From the NCBI GenBank assembly GCA_038046645.1, contig JBBSVU010000006.1, positions 10,304 through 74,303 of the forward strand: a DNA stretch of 64,000 nt. Reading direction: 5' to 3'. Numbering within the stretch: the first letter of the stretch is position 1; each line of letters opens with the position of its first letter. This document shows, piece by piece, positions 38,435 to 47,011 of this stretch. Origin of the DNA: an archaeon. Lineage in GTDB: Archaea; Iainarchaeota; Iainarchaeia; Iainarchaeales; 0-14-0-20-34-12. The notes under the pieces are model-generated. The model saw nothing but the letters and a program-made list of their open reading frames with translations. It had not been told where the DNA came from and did no database searches. The position numbers and the translations under genes are program-made.

Positions 38435-39406
38435 CTAAGTTATCAACGAATAATTCAGTTTATGCTCCTTTGTGATTGTTAAAATCTCGCAAGAATCAAT
38501 AATATCGGAGAACTTCTCCCTTAGTTCATCCATTATTTTCCTTAGCTCTTCCCTTCCTTTTACCTCAAAATCAAAATGGACATCAGCCAACCCAATCTCC
38601 TGTATTAAATAAATTACATTTGGATGGTTCTCCCCATAACCTACAAAATCCTGCAGCCTTTTTGCAGTAATATTCCTCAATGAAAATATTGCCTTGAAAT
38701 AATAAAGCCCGATCTTCTCCAAATTTAATCTAATCCAATGGTGGATTAACCCTATCTTTTCAAGCCTTTTAATCCTATAGCTTACTGCTTCCGGGGTAAT
38801 TCCTGCCTCTTTTGCCAATTCCTGCAATGTTGCCCTTGAATTTTTTGATAATTTCAATCCAATTTCAATATCAATTTTATCCAATTCTGCTTTCTCTGCA
38901 GGCACAAAAATATTCCTTGAACTTTCTTTAGGTATTTTCTCCTCAATGAGGTATTTTCTGTTGAAATAACTCAATCTTGTCCTGAAATAAAAAGTTCTAG
39001 CTTTAATCTTTTCCCCAAATTTGTATGTAAATTGCTGCAAAAAATCAAAATAATCTGCAATTGTCTTCCATCTAGTATTTATTAATAAATCCCAATGGCC
39101 TTCAGTTGAAACAACCCAGCTAACGTTATTGCTTTCTTTAAAATAATTTATTATTTGATTTTCATCTTCTTTTGTTGCTCCCTTGAATTTGAATAAGATT
39201 GCATAGTCTGTGTAACCCAATGCCCCAATATTCCATGTTGTAATAAACTCTTCAATTATCCCTCTTTCTAACATCCTTTCAATCCTGAATTTCACTACTT
39301 GTTTGCTTAACCCTACTTTTTTTGCTATTTCTGAATATGATTTCCTTGAATTTCTATCTAATTCAAATAAAATCTTGCGGTCCTTCAAATCTAGTTCATA
39401 TGCCAT
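38435..39406 (-). CDS. Tandem-domain Lrp/AsnC-family transcriptional regulator
   Basis: Two HTH-AsnC modules (DRKILFELDRNSRKSYSEIAKKVGLS and KLSKNSRATLQELAKEAGIT). Confidence 0.7.
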   Translation of the reverse strand: MAYELDLKDRKILFELDRNSRKSYSEIAKKVGLSKQVVKFRIERMLERGIIEEFITTWNIGALGYTDYAILFKFKGATKEDENQIINYFKESNNVSWVVSTEGHWDLLINTRWKTIADYFDFLQQFTYKFGEKIKARTFYFRTRLSYFNRKYLIEEKIPKESSRNIFVPAEKAELDKIDIEIGLKLSKNSRATLQELAKEAGITPEAVSYRIKRLEKIGLIHHWIRLNLEKIGLYYFKAIFSLRNITAKRLQDFVGYGENHPNVIYLIQEIGLADVHFDFEVKGREELRKIMDELREKFSDIIDSCEILTITKEHKLNYSLIT

Positions 39407-39468
39407 ATATATAACTATCCTAAATAGTTATATTTAATTATTTTGTTTTGACAAAAAATTGACTACTA

Positions 39469-39858
39469 ATGTATTTCTTTTACAAAAGCAATATGTTCTA
39501 TATGGGTGAGTATTTTTTCAGGTTTTTGTCAGAGCTGCTTTCATTTAATTTTACTTGGATTATTGATGCTGCTTTGCTTAACCTGCAATGGGTTTTTGTT
39601 TTCGCTTTGTTTGCTTTTTTCCTTATTGGGGAAAAGAATTTGCTGAAAAATACTTTTTTTGTTTTCTTTTACTTGTTTGCGTTCACTTCCATAATCCTTT
39701 TTATTGGCTGGAGCTTTGGTGCATTGTACCTCTTCTGCAATTTTATACTCCAGTGCTTTATAAGAATTTTCATTCCGAACAGCAAGTATTTTTACCAAAT
39801 TCTAGCTTCCAGCATTTACTGTTTGATTGGATTTTTAAGCCTGGGCGGTTTTTTATGA
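39469..39858 (+). CDS. Hydrophobic small membrane protein (hypothetical; alternative frame 39588..40022 equally hydrophobic)
   Basis: ORF in a T-rich region. The frame assignment is uncertain. Confidence 0.25.
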   Translation: MYFFYKSNMFYMGEYFFRFLSELLSFNFTWIIDAALLNLQWVFVFALFAFFLIGEKNLLKNTFFVFFYLFAFTSIILFIGWSFGALYLFCNFILQCFIRIFIPNSKYFYQILASSIYCLIGFLSLGGFL

Positions 39859-40104
39859 TAAAACAATTCCTAAAAGCAGTGAACATTTCAATTTCCCTGC
39901 TCATATTATTTTTCATATTGGGCCTTTTTGGGTTTCAATTAGTCTCTCCCCAAACATTTTCCTTGTCAGGCCTGGCAGTTTTTATTACCGTGGCTTACTG
40001 TGAGGTTTTGTTTGGGATTTGATTAAAAACAAAATTTATAGTAATTAAAATTTTAGTATGAGCTTGCTTTTGTTATCAGTTATTCCCATTTATAAAGGAT
40101 TTCT

Positions 40105-40187
40105 ACAGAGCTCCTTCAAACTATTAAACTATTTTTTTATTAATACTTATTCGATACTCTATCACACCTTTAGGTGTGGGTTCCCAT
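40105..40187 (+). repeat. Copy B (forward) of the structured intergenic element (see 531..632); contains palindrome CACACCTTTAGGTGTG
   Basis: About 92% identity to the reverse complement of 531-632. Lies between convergent genes. Confidence 0.6.
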
Positions 40188-40219
40188 ACGCTTTGACTAG
40201 CTATAACTGTCTTTTCAAA

Positions 40220-40759
40220 CTACCAACTTATGACTATTACTGCAGGGCCTTCAAATACTTCTGTTCCAATAGTAATTCTTATGCTGCCTGTCGTATCTTC
40301 AGGATTACTGCTTTGAGTTAACATTACTTCAATGGGCTTTGTTATCCAAGAAATGTTTCCTGTTGGGTTTGCTGTGAATTCCAAGGTTCCTTCTAATTGA
40401 TTGTATAGGCCAGTTTTAGCTGTTTTCCAATGAACTTTCTTTCCATCCTTTACTGAAGACAGATTTCCATTACCTTTGAGCCATACATTGTAATATATAT
40501 CTGTCATTGTAACAAATTTTCCACCGCCACTGATATCGATTGTTTTTCCTCCACTAGTAAGGTCTGTGGCAGAAAAACTAAACGTGCGAATGGCTGTCCA
40601 ATCAGATTTGTTGTTCAATATAGCTGTCGTGAGCAGGGTAGTAGTGTTGTTCAAGTTTATTGTTGTTATTGTCAAAACAACTAAGAGTGCAAGCGTTAGC
40701 ACAATTACTGCGGCAAGATGTACCTTTCTTTCATCCCAAAACATAACTTTTTCTTCCAT
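40220..40759 (-). CDS. Hypothetical membrane-anchored protein (possible archaeal pilin-like: N-terminal hydrophobic segment after charged leader)
   Basis: N-terminal MEEKVMFWDERKVHLAAVIVLTLALLVVL. Thr/Asn-rich ectodomain. Confidence 0.4.
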   Translation of the reverse strand: MEEKVMFWDERKVHLAAVIVLTLALLVVLTITTINLNNTTTLLTTAILNNKSDWTAIRTFSFSATDLTSGGKTIDISGGGKFVTMTDIYYNVWLKGNGNLSSVKDGKKVHWKTAKTGLYNQLEGTLEFTANPTGNISWITKPIEVMLTQSSNPEDTTGSIRITIGTEVFEGPAVIVISW

Positions 40760-40870
40760 ATGTTAATTATTAAAGTTTTCAAGTATTTAAAACCAATGCT
40801 TTAGTTCGTTGATAACTTTAAACCAAAACCTTCTTCTTTTAGGATTTCTAATTCTGCTTCTCATTTTGAA

Positions 40871-41028
40871 TGCAGCCGACGGGATTCGAACCCGTGTCAA
40901 GACCTATCCTCATTTTTTAAATATCCAAAATTCTTTTCTTTGGATAATACCTAGACTTTCTTTTCTTTCTAAGAAAAGAAAGGCTTGGTTTTGGAAGGGT
41001 CTGATGCTAACCACTACACAACGGCTGC
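40871..41028 (-). tRNA. tRNA-Gly (TCC) with ~85-nt intron in the anticodon loop
   Basis: Exons fold into a cloverleaf: acceptor GCAGCCG/CGGCTGC, anticodon arm AGACC-CTTCCAA-GGTCT, T-arm ACGGG-TTCGAAT-CCCGT. The intron forms a long hairpin. Confidence 0.65.
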
Positions 41029-41187
41029 TTTTAGAGCATATACAACATTCCTTAATGCTATTTTTATTACTTTCCATTCTTTCGAGTACTGAGTATTATC
41101 CACGCAGGGATAAACCAATGAACAATATATTTTTATTTACTCAATACCTGTTCCATATAGTTATTGGGAGTAATAAGGGGATTATAG

Positions 41188-41817
41188 ATGAAAGGCGCTT
41201 TTATAGTATTTGAAGGATTAGATGGCTCGGGAAAAGGCACAATGCTTGCTAGGGCTGCGGATTATTTATTTAATGAATATAAGTCATTTGACCGCTTGAT
41301 GATAACAAGGGAACCAACCTATTCTGGCACAGGAAAACAGATAAGGAAAATGCTGCAGCAAAGCGATTCGCCAATGAGCGATGCAAAGAGATTATTGCAA
41401 TTATATTTAGATGATAGAAAAGACCATTTGGAATTTTTAAGGCCTTTAATAAACAAAAATTGTGTCATACTTTGCGACCGTTATAAATATTCAACTTTAG
41501 CATACCAGCAAACACAGGGAATTCCATTAGATAGCATTGTAAAATTACATGAAAAAATGTTGGTTCCTGACATTGTTTTCTTTTTGGATGTTTCTCCAGC
41601 AGTTGCATTGCAGAGGATTAAAGAAAGCAGGTCTTCAACAGAAAAATTCGAAAAGGAATTCTTCTTTGAGGAATTAAGAAGTAATTATTTAAAACTTCCA
41701 AGCCTTTTACCAAATGAAAACATAAAAATAATTGATGCAAACAGGTCAAAGGATGAAGTTTTTGAGCAGATAAAGTCTCATTTGGATATTTTCTTTAAAA
41801 GCAAAATGTCTGAGTAG
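41188..41817 (+). CDS. tmk: Thymidylate kinase
   Basis: FIVFEGLDGSGKGT P-loop. 209 aa. Confidence 0.85.
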   Translation: MKGAFIVFEGLDGSGKGTMLARAADYLFNEYKSFDRLMITREPTYSGTGKQIRKMLQQSDSPMSDAKRLLQLYLDDRKDHLEFLRPLINKNCVILCDRYKYSTLAYQQTQGIPLDSIVKLHEKMLVPDIVFFLDVSPAVALQRIKESRSSTEKFEKEFFFEELRSNYLKLPSLLPNENIKIIDANRSKDEVFEQIKSHLDIFFKSKMSE

Positions 41818-41860
41818 CAGCATGTTTCCTAAAAACAAATAAAGGACAAAAGGTGATTTT

Positions 41861-42907
41861 GTGAATATTTCAGAAGCAATTAATTTCTCTATTTTTTCCT
41901 GGATAAGGAAGAAGGAATTTTTTAGCAAAGCATTGCCTTTTTGGGTTTCATTCATTGTTTTTTATGCACTTCTTATTGCATTTGTCCTATACTTCTTTGC
42001 GGATTTATTCTCCGCCTTGGCATCCAACACCTTTGAACAGTACCTTCTTACTTTATTTAAGCCAGCCTATCTTTCAGAATTCCTAGGCAAGATGTTCCTG
42101 GCAATATTCCTTATCCTGATTATAGTTGTTTTATTCTGCGTTGCCATTAATTATTTTTATTTCAAGCTTTTGCAATATGCATTAACCCAAAAAGGGGTAA
42201 AATCGCAGAATCTAACCATAAATCTTTTCATAAGGCTTTTTATCCTTCAAATCCTTGCCTTTTTTGCCTTATTATTTTACCCTCAAGACAAAAAGCTTTT
42301 AGCTATACAATGGCTTAGCCTTATTCTTTTCGTTTTTGCCATACTTTTTAGTTCATTAACCCCCGTTGTTGCAATATTTGGCCTTTGCATATTGCCGTAT
42401 GCCCTTCTTGTAATCCATAATGCCATACGGTATTCACAAACAGTAACCTGCATGCTTGTTGGTAATTCATCCTATTCAGAATCATTGAAAAATTCTTGGA
42501 ATCTTACTGAGAATAGGTTCTGGGAAATACTTTTTACCCAATTTGTTGTCCTTATCGTGATGGCTTTGCTTTTGGCAGGGCTAAGCTTTGTGTTATCTGC
42601 AATTGTGAACATTATCTTAGTATTAGCGGTTCAAAATGAGGTTATCCGCTATATTATTTCTGATTCCTTCTCCAATATTGTATTTGCACCAGTAGGCTAT
42701 TTTGTCCAGGCTTTTCTTTTAGCTTTCATATATTCAAACCTTATTTCGGGAAAAGGCAACCTTTGCTGTGCTGGGGAAAAATCTGAAAAAGAACCCAGTG
42801 AAGAAATCGCTAAAACAGAGGAACATAAAGAAAAGAAAGCTGTTCCTAAGGCTGAAGCAAAAAAGGCTAATTTAACAAAAAATTCAAAACTCAAAACTAA
42901 AAAATAG
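41861..42907 (+). CDS. Polytopic membrane protein (hypothetical) with K/E-rich C-terminal tail
   Basis: Predicted to have about 8 transmembrane helices. Confidence 0.5.
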   Translation: MNISEAINFSIFSWIRKKEFFSKALPFWVSFIVFYALLIAFVLYFFADLFSALASNTFEQYLLTLFKPAYLSEFLGKMFLAIFLILIIVVLFCVAINYFYFKLLQYALTQKGVKSQNLTINLFIRLFILQILAFFALLFYPQDKKLLAIQWLSLILFVFAILFSSLTPVVAIFGLCILPYALLVIHNAIRYSQTVTCMLVGNSSYSESLKNSWNLTENRFWEILFTQFVVLIVMALLLAGLSFVLSAIVNIILVLAVQNEVIRYIISDSFSNIVFAPVGYFVQAFLLAFIYSNLISGKGNLCCAGEKSEKEPSEEIAKTEEHKEKKAVPKAEAKKANLTKNSKLKTKK

Positions 42908-42909
42908 AG

Positions 42910-42982
42910 TGCGGCCACCGGGAATCGAACCCGGCTCCCAACCTTGGCAAGGTTGAATCATCAGCCAATAGACCATGGCCGC
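42910..42982 (-). tRNA. tRNA-Gly (GCC)
   Basis: Acceptor stem GCGGCCA/TGGCCGC. Anticodon arm CAACC-TTGCCAA-GGTTG. T-loop TTCGATT. Confidence 0.85.
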
Positions 42983-43018
42983 ATTTTTTACTAACTAAAT
43001 AAATTCCTTGAAATAGTA

Positions 43019-43195
43019 TTAAAAACTAATTCTTTTGCTCTTCAGTTCCTTCTTTAGGTTGTGTTTTATCACTGGATCAGTAGTTGTTTCAAGCAATTGC
43101 CTTACATCGTCAGGGCTAACCTCAACAGTCCTGAATACCAATTCTCCGTTTTGCCCTGTTACTAACATATCGATTTTGACCTTCTTGTTTGCCAT
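43019..43195 (-). CDS. Small ORF (58 aa, MANKKVKIDMLVTGQNGELVFRTVEVSPDDVRQLLETTTDPVIKHNLKKELKSKRISF), not in ORF track
   Basis: Hand translation. Lies immediately upstream of tRNA-Gly(GCC) on the same strand. No known motif. Confidence 0.25.
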   Translation of the reverse strand: MANKKVKIDMLVTGQNGELVFRTVEVSPDDVRQLLETTTDPVIKHNLKKELKSKRISF

Positions 43196-43321
43196 ACATT
43201 AAAAGTATGCCTTTGTTTAATAAAATGCTTTTGAATGGCTTGAACTGATATTCAGTTGTGCCTTATTGCAAAAAATTATCTAGGATTACCCTTTTTATTA
43301 ACAATTAGACATTTACTTATT

Positions 43322-44299
43322 ATGCGTTATTTTACAATAGTTTTGATTTTGATTGTATTTACCCTGCTAGCAGCAACAGCAAGCGCTAAATATTCTTCAA
43401 AAGACTGTTTTTTCAAAGAACATAAATTAAAAATAATCAAACCGCTTTCCTTGGCAAAGGACAACCTTTTAGTTAATGCTATCAATAAAAAAATTACCCC
43501 AATTAATATTTCATTATGCAATTTATCCAATTTTATCGAAAGAAAAACACCGCCAGAAGTTATTGCAACATACTCAGCTGTTTTGCTAAAAGGAAAGCCA
43601 ACAATTAAGGTAGATATTGAGTATTCAAAAAAAATTTCCAAAAAAGAAAATTCACAGAATAAAATCTATCGCCTTTATATTGATCCAGTAACTGCCAATA
43701 TTACTCTAATAAAATACCAGTCAAGGTTAGTTAGAAAGGCGTATTCAAGGTATGCTGCAAATTATTTCCTTTCTGACCGCGATTTGAACCTTTTAAAATA
43801 TTTAATCATGCCAAAAACCGCTATTTTTGCGAAATATTTTAACGAATCTAAATCTACAGATGAAGCATCACCAGAGCAAGCAATGCCACAAGATGATTAT
43901 TTTGAATTCCCGCAAGATGCTAACATATTACAGGGAGATGGGATACACCCAAGTGCCTCAGGGACAAAGGTAATCGCAAACAATAATGTTGCAATTCAAT
44001 TCAACAAAATAGCCATAATAGGCGATTCACAGATATCCTTGCTTTTTGACATTTATATCGGTGAGGAAAAACTGAATATTATGCCATTGATTATTTCAGG
44101 CAGCATCTTTTCATTTGAAGGCAAATTCTATGGCTTGAAGGTGAATGTGGATAAAAGCTATCAGGTGCAAGGCATTCCACTTAAGCAAATTGTCAAATTA
44201 ATTAAAAATTCAAACTATATTTCCATTGAAATTTCCTCGCTTATTTCTGAGAAGGTTACATCCTGTGCAATTTTACAACAAATGTTTAGAAAAAAATGA
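43322..44299 (+). CDS. Secreted/membrane-anchored hypothetical protein
   Basis: Signal-like N-terminus MRYFTIVLILIVFTLLAATASA. Confidence 0.45.
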   Translation: MRYFTIVLILIVFTLLAATASAKYSSKDCFFKEHKLKIIKPLSLAKDNLLVNAINKKITPINISLCNLSNFIERKTPPEVIATYSAVLLKGKPTIKVDIEYSKKISKKENSQNKIYRLYIDPVTANITLIKYQSRLVRKAYSRYAANYFLSDRDLNLLKYLIMPKTAIFAKYFNESKSTDEASPEQAMPQDDYFEFPQDANILQGDGIHPSASGTKVIANNNVAIQFNKIAIIGDSQISLLFDIYIGEEKLNIMPLIISGSIFSFEGKFYGLKVNVDKSYQVQGIPLKQIVKLIKNSNYISIEISSLISEKVTSCAILQQMFRKK

Positions 44300-44303
44300 T
44301 GCA

Positions 44304-45509
44304 ATGTCCTGCAGCTTAATATGCCCAAATATGCCTTTAAATAACCAGGAAAAAATAACAACAGAAAACATTAATTTCTTTTTTTCACAAACATTTGATG
44401 CAGCATTGAAAGAATCAGTTCAAGCGGCCTTTGCAGAGTGTTATCCTAAGGTAAAGAATTATCTCCAAATTATGCCATATTCAAAATTAAATGTTAAAGC
44501 ATATTCCAAGCAAGATTGCCCTGACTGCACTTATTATGTCACAAATATCGGTGGAATTGATTTAACCTTGTATGAACAACAAGAATGCGGTGAAACATTT
44601 GCCCATGAGCTTACCCATTATTTTAATTATGCCAGCTCTCTTTCCCCTAATATTCTTGAAGAAGGCAGAGCAGTATTTATTTCAAAAGACATTGTTTCTG
44701 AAAATCAGGGGATGCAATCAAGCAAGGGCATAGATTGCTTGGCTGATTCATGGAAATATTCAGGGGAAAAGCCATTATCTGAAAAGATTGGGGAAGAGAC
44801 CGTTTGTGTTAATAATGCTACATCCAATTGCGGCAAAAAAACACTTTGGCAGATCGTAAATACCCCAGTATCTTTACTGACAAAAACATTTTCTAATGGT
44901 TACACCTTGAAGGTACAGGATTATTCATCCAATAAATTATCTTTTGACCTTTTTGATGAAGCAAATCAATTTTTGGAAAATGTAACATTAAAGCCATTGG
45001 AGTTTTTTGAAGGAAATAATTTCTTAGTCCATTTCGGCAAAATTATTACCCCATCTCCAATAAATCAGCAAATAGTACTGTTATTGATGCTTGATGATTA
45101 TAATTTACAGTGCTTTGTTGAAAATAAGCAGCAGTGCAATGTAAAAGCATCAAGCTGGCCGGAGAATAAATTTGCAAAGCTTGAAGAAGCGACATATTCA
45201 ATCAATTCTTTGAATACTGGATATTGTTTCTTCAAAGCCCTTAATTCTTTAAGTGCGGGCATTGTTAAAGCGTTATCTGAAAAAATGGCGTCTTCAAGAA
45301 ATGACTTCAAGGTATTCTGCACTGAAGATTTTCTTAAAACAAAGATTCAGCCATCAGATTTAAACATATTAAAGCAAAAATACGGCCTTGAAACTTATAT
45401 TGACCAATGCAAATTTTCAGCAATCCCGGCAGCACTTTTAGGCTGCCCAATGAACCTTGGATGTTACAGCTATTATGACCCTGTACAAGGTTGGGTTAAT
45501 ATTGAATAA
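44304..45509 (+). CDS. Cys-rich hypothetical protein with HExxH motif (FAHELTHYFNY); possible zinc-dependent hydrolase
   Basis: ORF plus the motif. The start is probably Met27 of the track ORF (MSCSLICPN). Confidence 0.45.
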   Translation: MSCSLICPNMPLNNQEKITTENINFFFSQTFDAALKESVQAAFAECYPKVKNYLQIMPYSKLNVKAYSKQDCPDCTYYVTNIGGIDLTLYEQQECGETFAHELTHYFNYASSLSPNILEEGRAVFISKDIVSENQGMQSSKGIDCLADSWKYSGEKPLSEKIGEETVCVNNATSNCGKKTLWQIVNTPVSLLTKTFSNGYTLKVQDYSSNKLSFDLFDEANQFLENVTLKPLEFFEGNNFLVHFGKIITPSPINQQIVLLLMLDDYNLQCFVENKQQCNVKASSWPENKFAKLEEATYSINSLNTGYCFFKALNSLSAGIVKALSEKMASSRNDFKVFCTEDFLKTKIQPSDLNILKQKYGLETYIDQCKFSAIPAALLGCPMNLGCYSYYDPVQGWVNIE

Positions 45510-45547
45510 TTCAGGGGAAATCTACTCTTCCAAAGCTAATTTAAATG
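45510..45547 (+). promoter_or_regulatory. Promoter cassette: motif TTCAGGGGAAATCTACTCT + 9 nt + TATA-like AATTTAAAT, 20 nt before ATG 45567
   Basis: One of four copies at identical spacing (also 56523-56558, 58794-58829, 63964-64000). Confidence 0.55.
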
Positions 45548-45566
45548 ATAAAAAGCAACAATAACT

Positions 45567-46355
45567 ATGAATCTTTCTTTGATGTCTATTGAATATTTAA
45601 CTAATTCATTGTTAGATCCAAAAGTAATCACAAGAGAAGTAAAAGTCACTAAAAGAGATGCTTACTTTGATTTTATTGTTTATAGGAATGCAAGACGTTC
45701 GAGAATTCCGTTTGAACTTAATTCATCCATTGCATATCTTTGTGGAGTTATTTTAGGGGACGGTAGCATATCACTAATTCATAGGAAAAAAGTAAATACC
45801 GTTCTACCTTATACCTTTCTAAAAATATTCAACCAATCATTACCATTCTTACTTCAAATTAATCGCCTTTTTAAAGAAAATTTTGGGACTGAAGGCAAAC
45901 TATATAAAAAAAATTATTGTAACTGTTATGTTCTTCAAGTTTCTAATAAAATAGTTTGGTTATATTTTGTTAAACTACTTGGTTTGCCTATTGGTAAAAA
46001 AAGCAACATTAGTATTCCCCGATCTTTATTAAATAAGAATATTTTCAAATATTTTGTTGCAGGTCTAATGGATACTGATGGTTATTTTTCAGAAAACTCC
46101 TTTGGAATAATGCTTTCTGGATCTAATTTGATTTTTTTGGAGTCAATAAAAAAATATTGCAAGTGCTTTTATGGCATTAATTTTAGAAAAACTAATATAA
46201 ATACTTTAGAAGTTAATGGTAAATTATTTCAAAGAGCGCAGATAACTACTTCTGCGAATTCCATGAATACGTTTAAAGGAATAATTCCCCTATGTCATGA
46301 AAAATGGGATGGGCCCGGTGAGGATCGAACTCACGAGTTCCACCGTACCCAGTGA
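45567..46355 (+). CDS. Free-standing LAGLIDADG homing endonuclease (two LAGLIDADG motifs)
   Basis: YLCGVILGDGSI and FVAGLMDTDGYF motifs. The 3' end overlaps an antisense tRNA gene. Confidence 0.7.
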   Translation: MNLSLMSIEYLTNSLLDPKVITREVKVTKRDAYFDFIVYRNARRSRIPFELNSSIAYLCGVILGDGSISLIHRKKVNTVLPYTFLKIFNQSLPFLLQINRLFKENFGTEGKLYKKNYCNCYVLQVSNKIVWLYFVKLLGLPIGKKSNISIPRSLLNKNIFKYFVAGLMDTDGYFSENSFGIMLSGSNLIFLESIKKYCKCFYGINFRKTNINTLEVNGKLFQRAQITTSANSMNTFKGIIPLCHEKWDGPGEDRTHEFHRTQ

Positions 46356-46429
46356 TTAAACTTGTAAGGGTTACGCACCCCCCATTTCTGGAAGATTTGG
46401 CGTCCTAACCACTAGACCACGAGCCCATA
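46312..46429 (-). tRNA. tRNA gene with ~40-nt intervening sequence; isotype unresolved (anticodon region reads CUUCCAG: Gly-UCC or Glu-UUC-like)
   Basis: Good acceptor stem (GGGCTCG/CGGGCCC), D-arm (GTCT-AGTGGTTA-GGAC) and T-arm (GTGAG-TTCGATC-CTCAC). A canonical anticodon stem could not be closed by eye. Confidence 0.5.
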
Positions 46430-46527
46430 TCATTTTCTTCTTTATTCCAAAGAAGAATGATAGTCCATTATATTATACGAATAGCAATATTTAAATATAA
46501 AAGTCTTCTATTACTAATAATATTTAT

Positions 46528-46947
46528 ATGATTGGTGGTGTAAAAATGCAAGGCTTAATGAATGTAAGGGTTGCTGGTCAGCAAATTCAGCTGATTAAGC
46601 TAATGGGCGCGTTCGTGATATTTGCTGCAATACTGATGTTTTTCATGGCTGCAGCCGAGATGTTTGAATATTGGGGCAATATCAAAACAATTGACAGCTG
46701 TTTAGGCATTGCAAAAGGGGATGTAGACTTCTTCAAGGAATGCAAAACAATGGCTTTTGAAGCCTTTGGCGTTTTTGTAAAGCCAGACCAGTCTGCCTTA
46801 AATGGCAAGCAGCTTTATATTGTTTTGATTAAACCTGTAGCATCCTTATTCATCTGGATTGCAATTTTAATCCTGGGATTCATAATATATGGTTTGCCAT
46901 CAAAGGTAATGGTTCCAGTAAAAAAAGACTTTAAAGTAAAAAAATAG
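46528..46947 (+). CDS. Small membrane protein (hypothetical)
   Basis: ORF with transmembrane segments. Downstream hairpin GGGAAG-TATTC-CTTCCC followed by a T-run. Confidence 0.4.
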   Translation: MIGGVKMQGLMNVRVAGQQIQLIKLMGAFVIFAAILMFFMAAAEMFEYWGNIKTIDSCLGIAKGDVDFFKECKTMAFEAFGVFVKPDQSALNGKQLYIVLIKPVASLFIWIAILILGFIIYGLPSKVMVPVKKDFKVKK

Positions 46948-47011
46948 AAAAATAAATTAAAGGGAAGTATTCCTTCCCTCTTTTTCAAATTTTAATTTTT
47001 AGTTGTCGCTT

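Noticed and set aside
39588-40022. 144-aa alternative-frame hydrophobic ORF overlapping 39469-39858
   Set aside because: Both frames are hydrophobic because the region is T-rich, so they cannot be distinguished from sequence alone. The earlier-starting frame is kept at low confidence.
40809-41213. 134-aa ORF overlapping tRNA-Gly(UCC)
   Set aside because: Reads through the tRNA exons and intron. Its only ATG-anchored support is the track itself. The following tmk start (41188) is independently supported.
46312-46429. Assigning a definite isotype (Gly-UCC, Glu-UUC or Trp-CCA) to the interrupted tRNA
   Set aside because: None of the tested exon-junction placements gave a 5-bp anticodon stem with U33 and a purine at 37. 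It is left unresolved rather than guessed.
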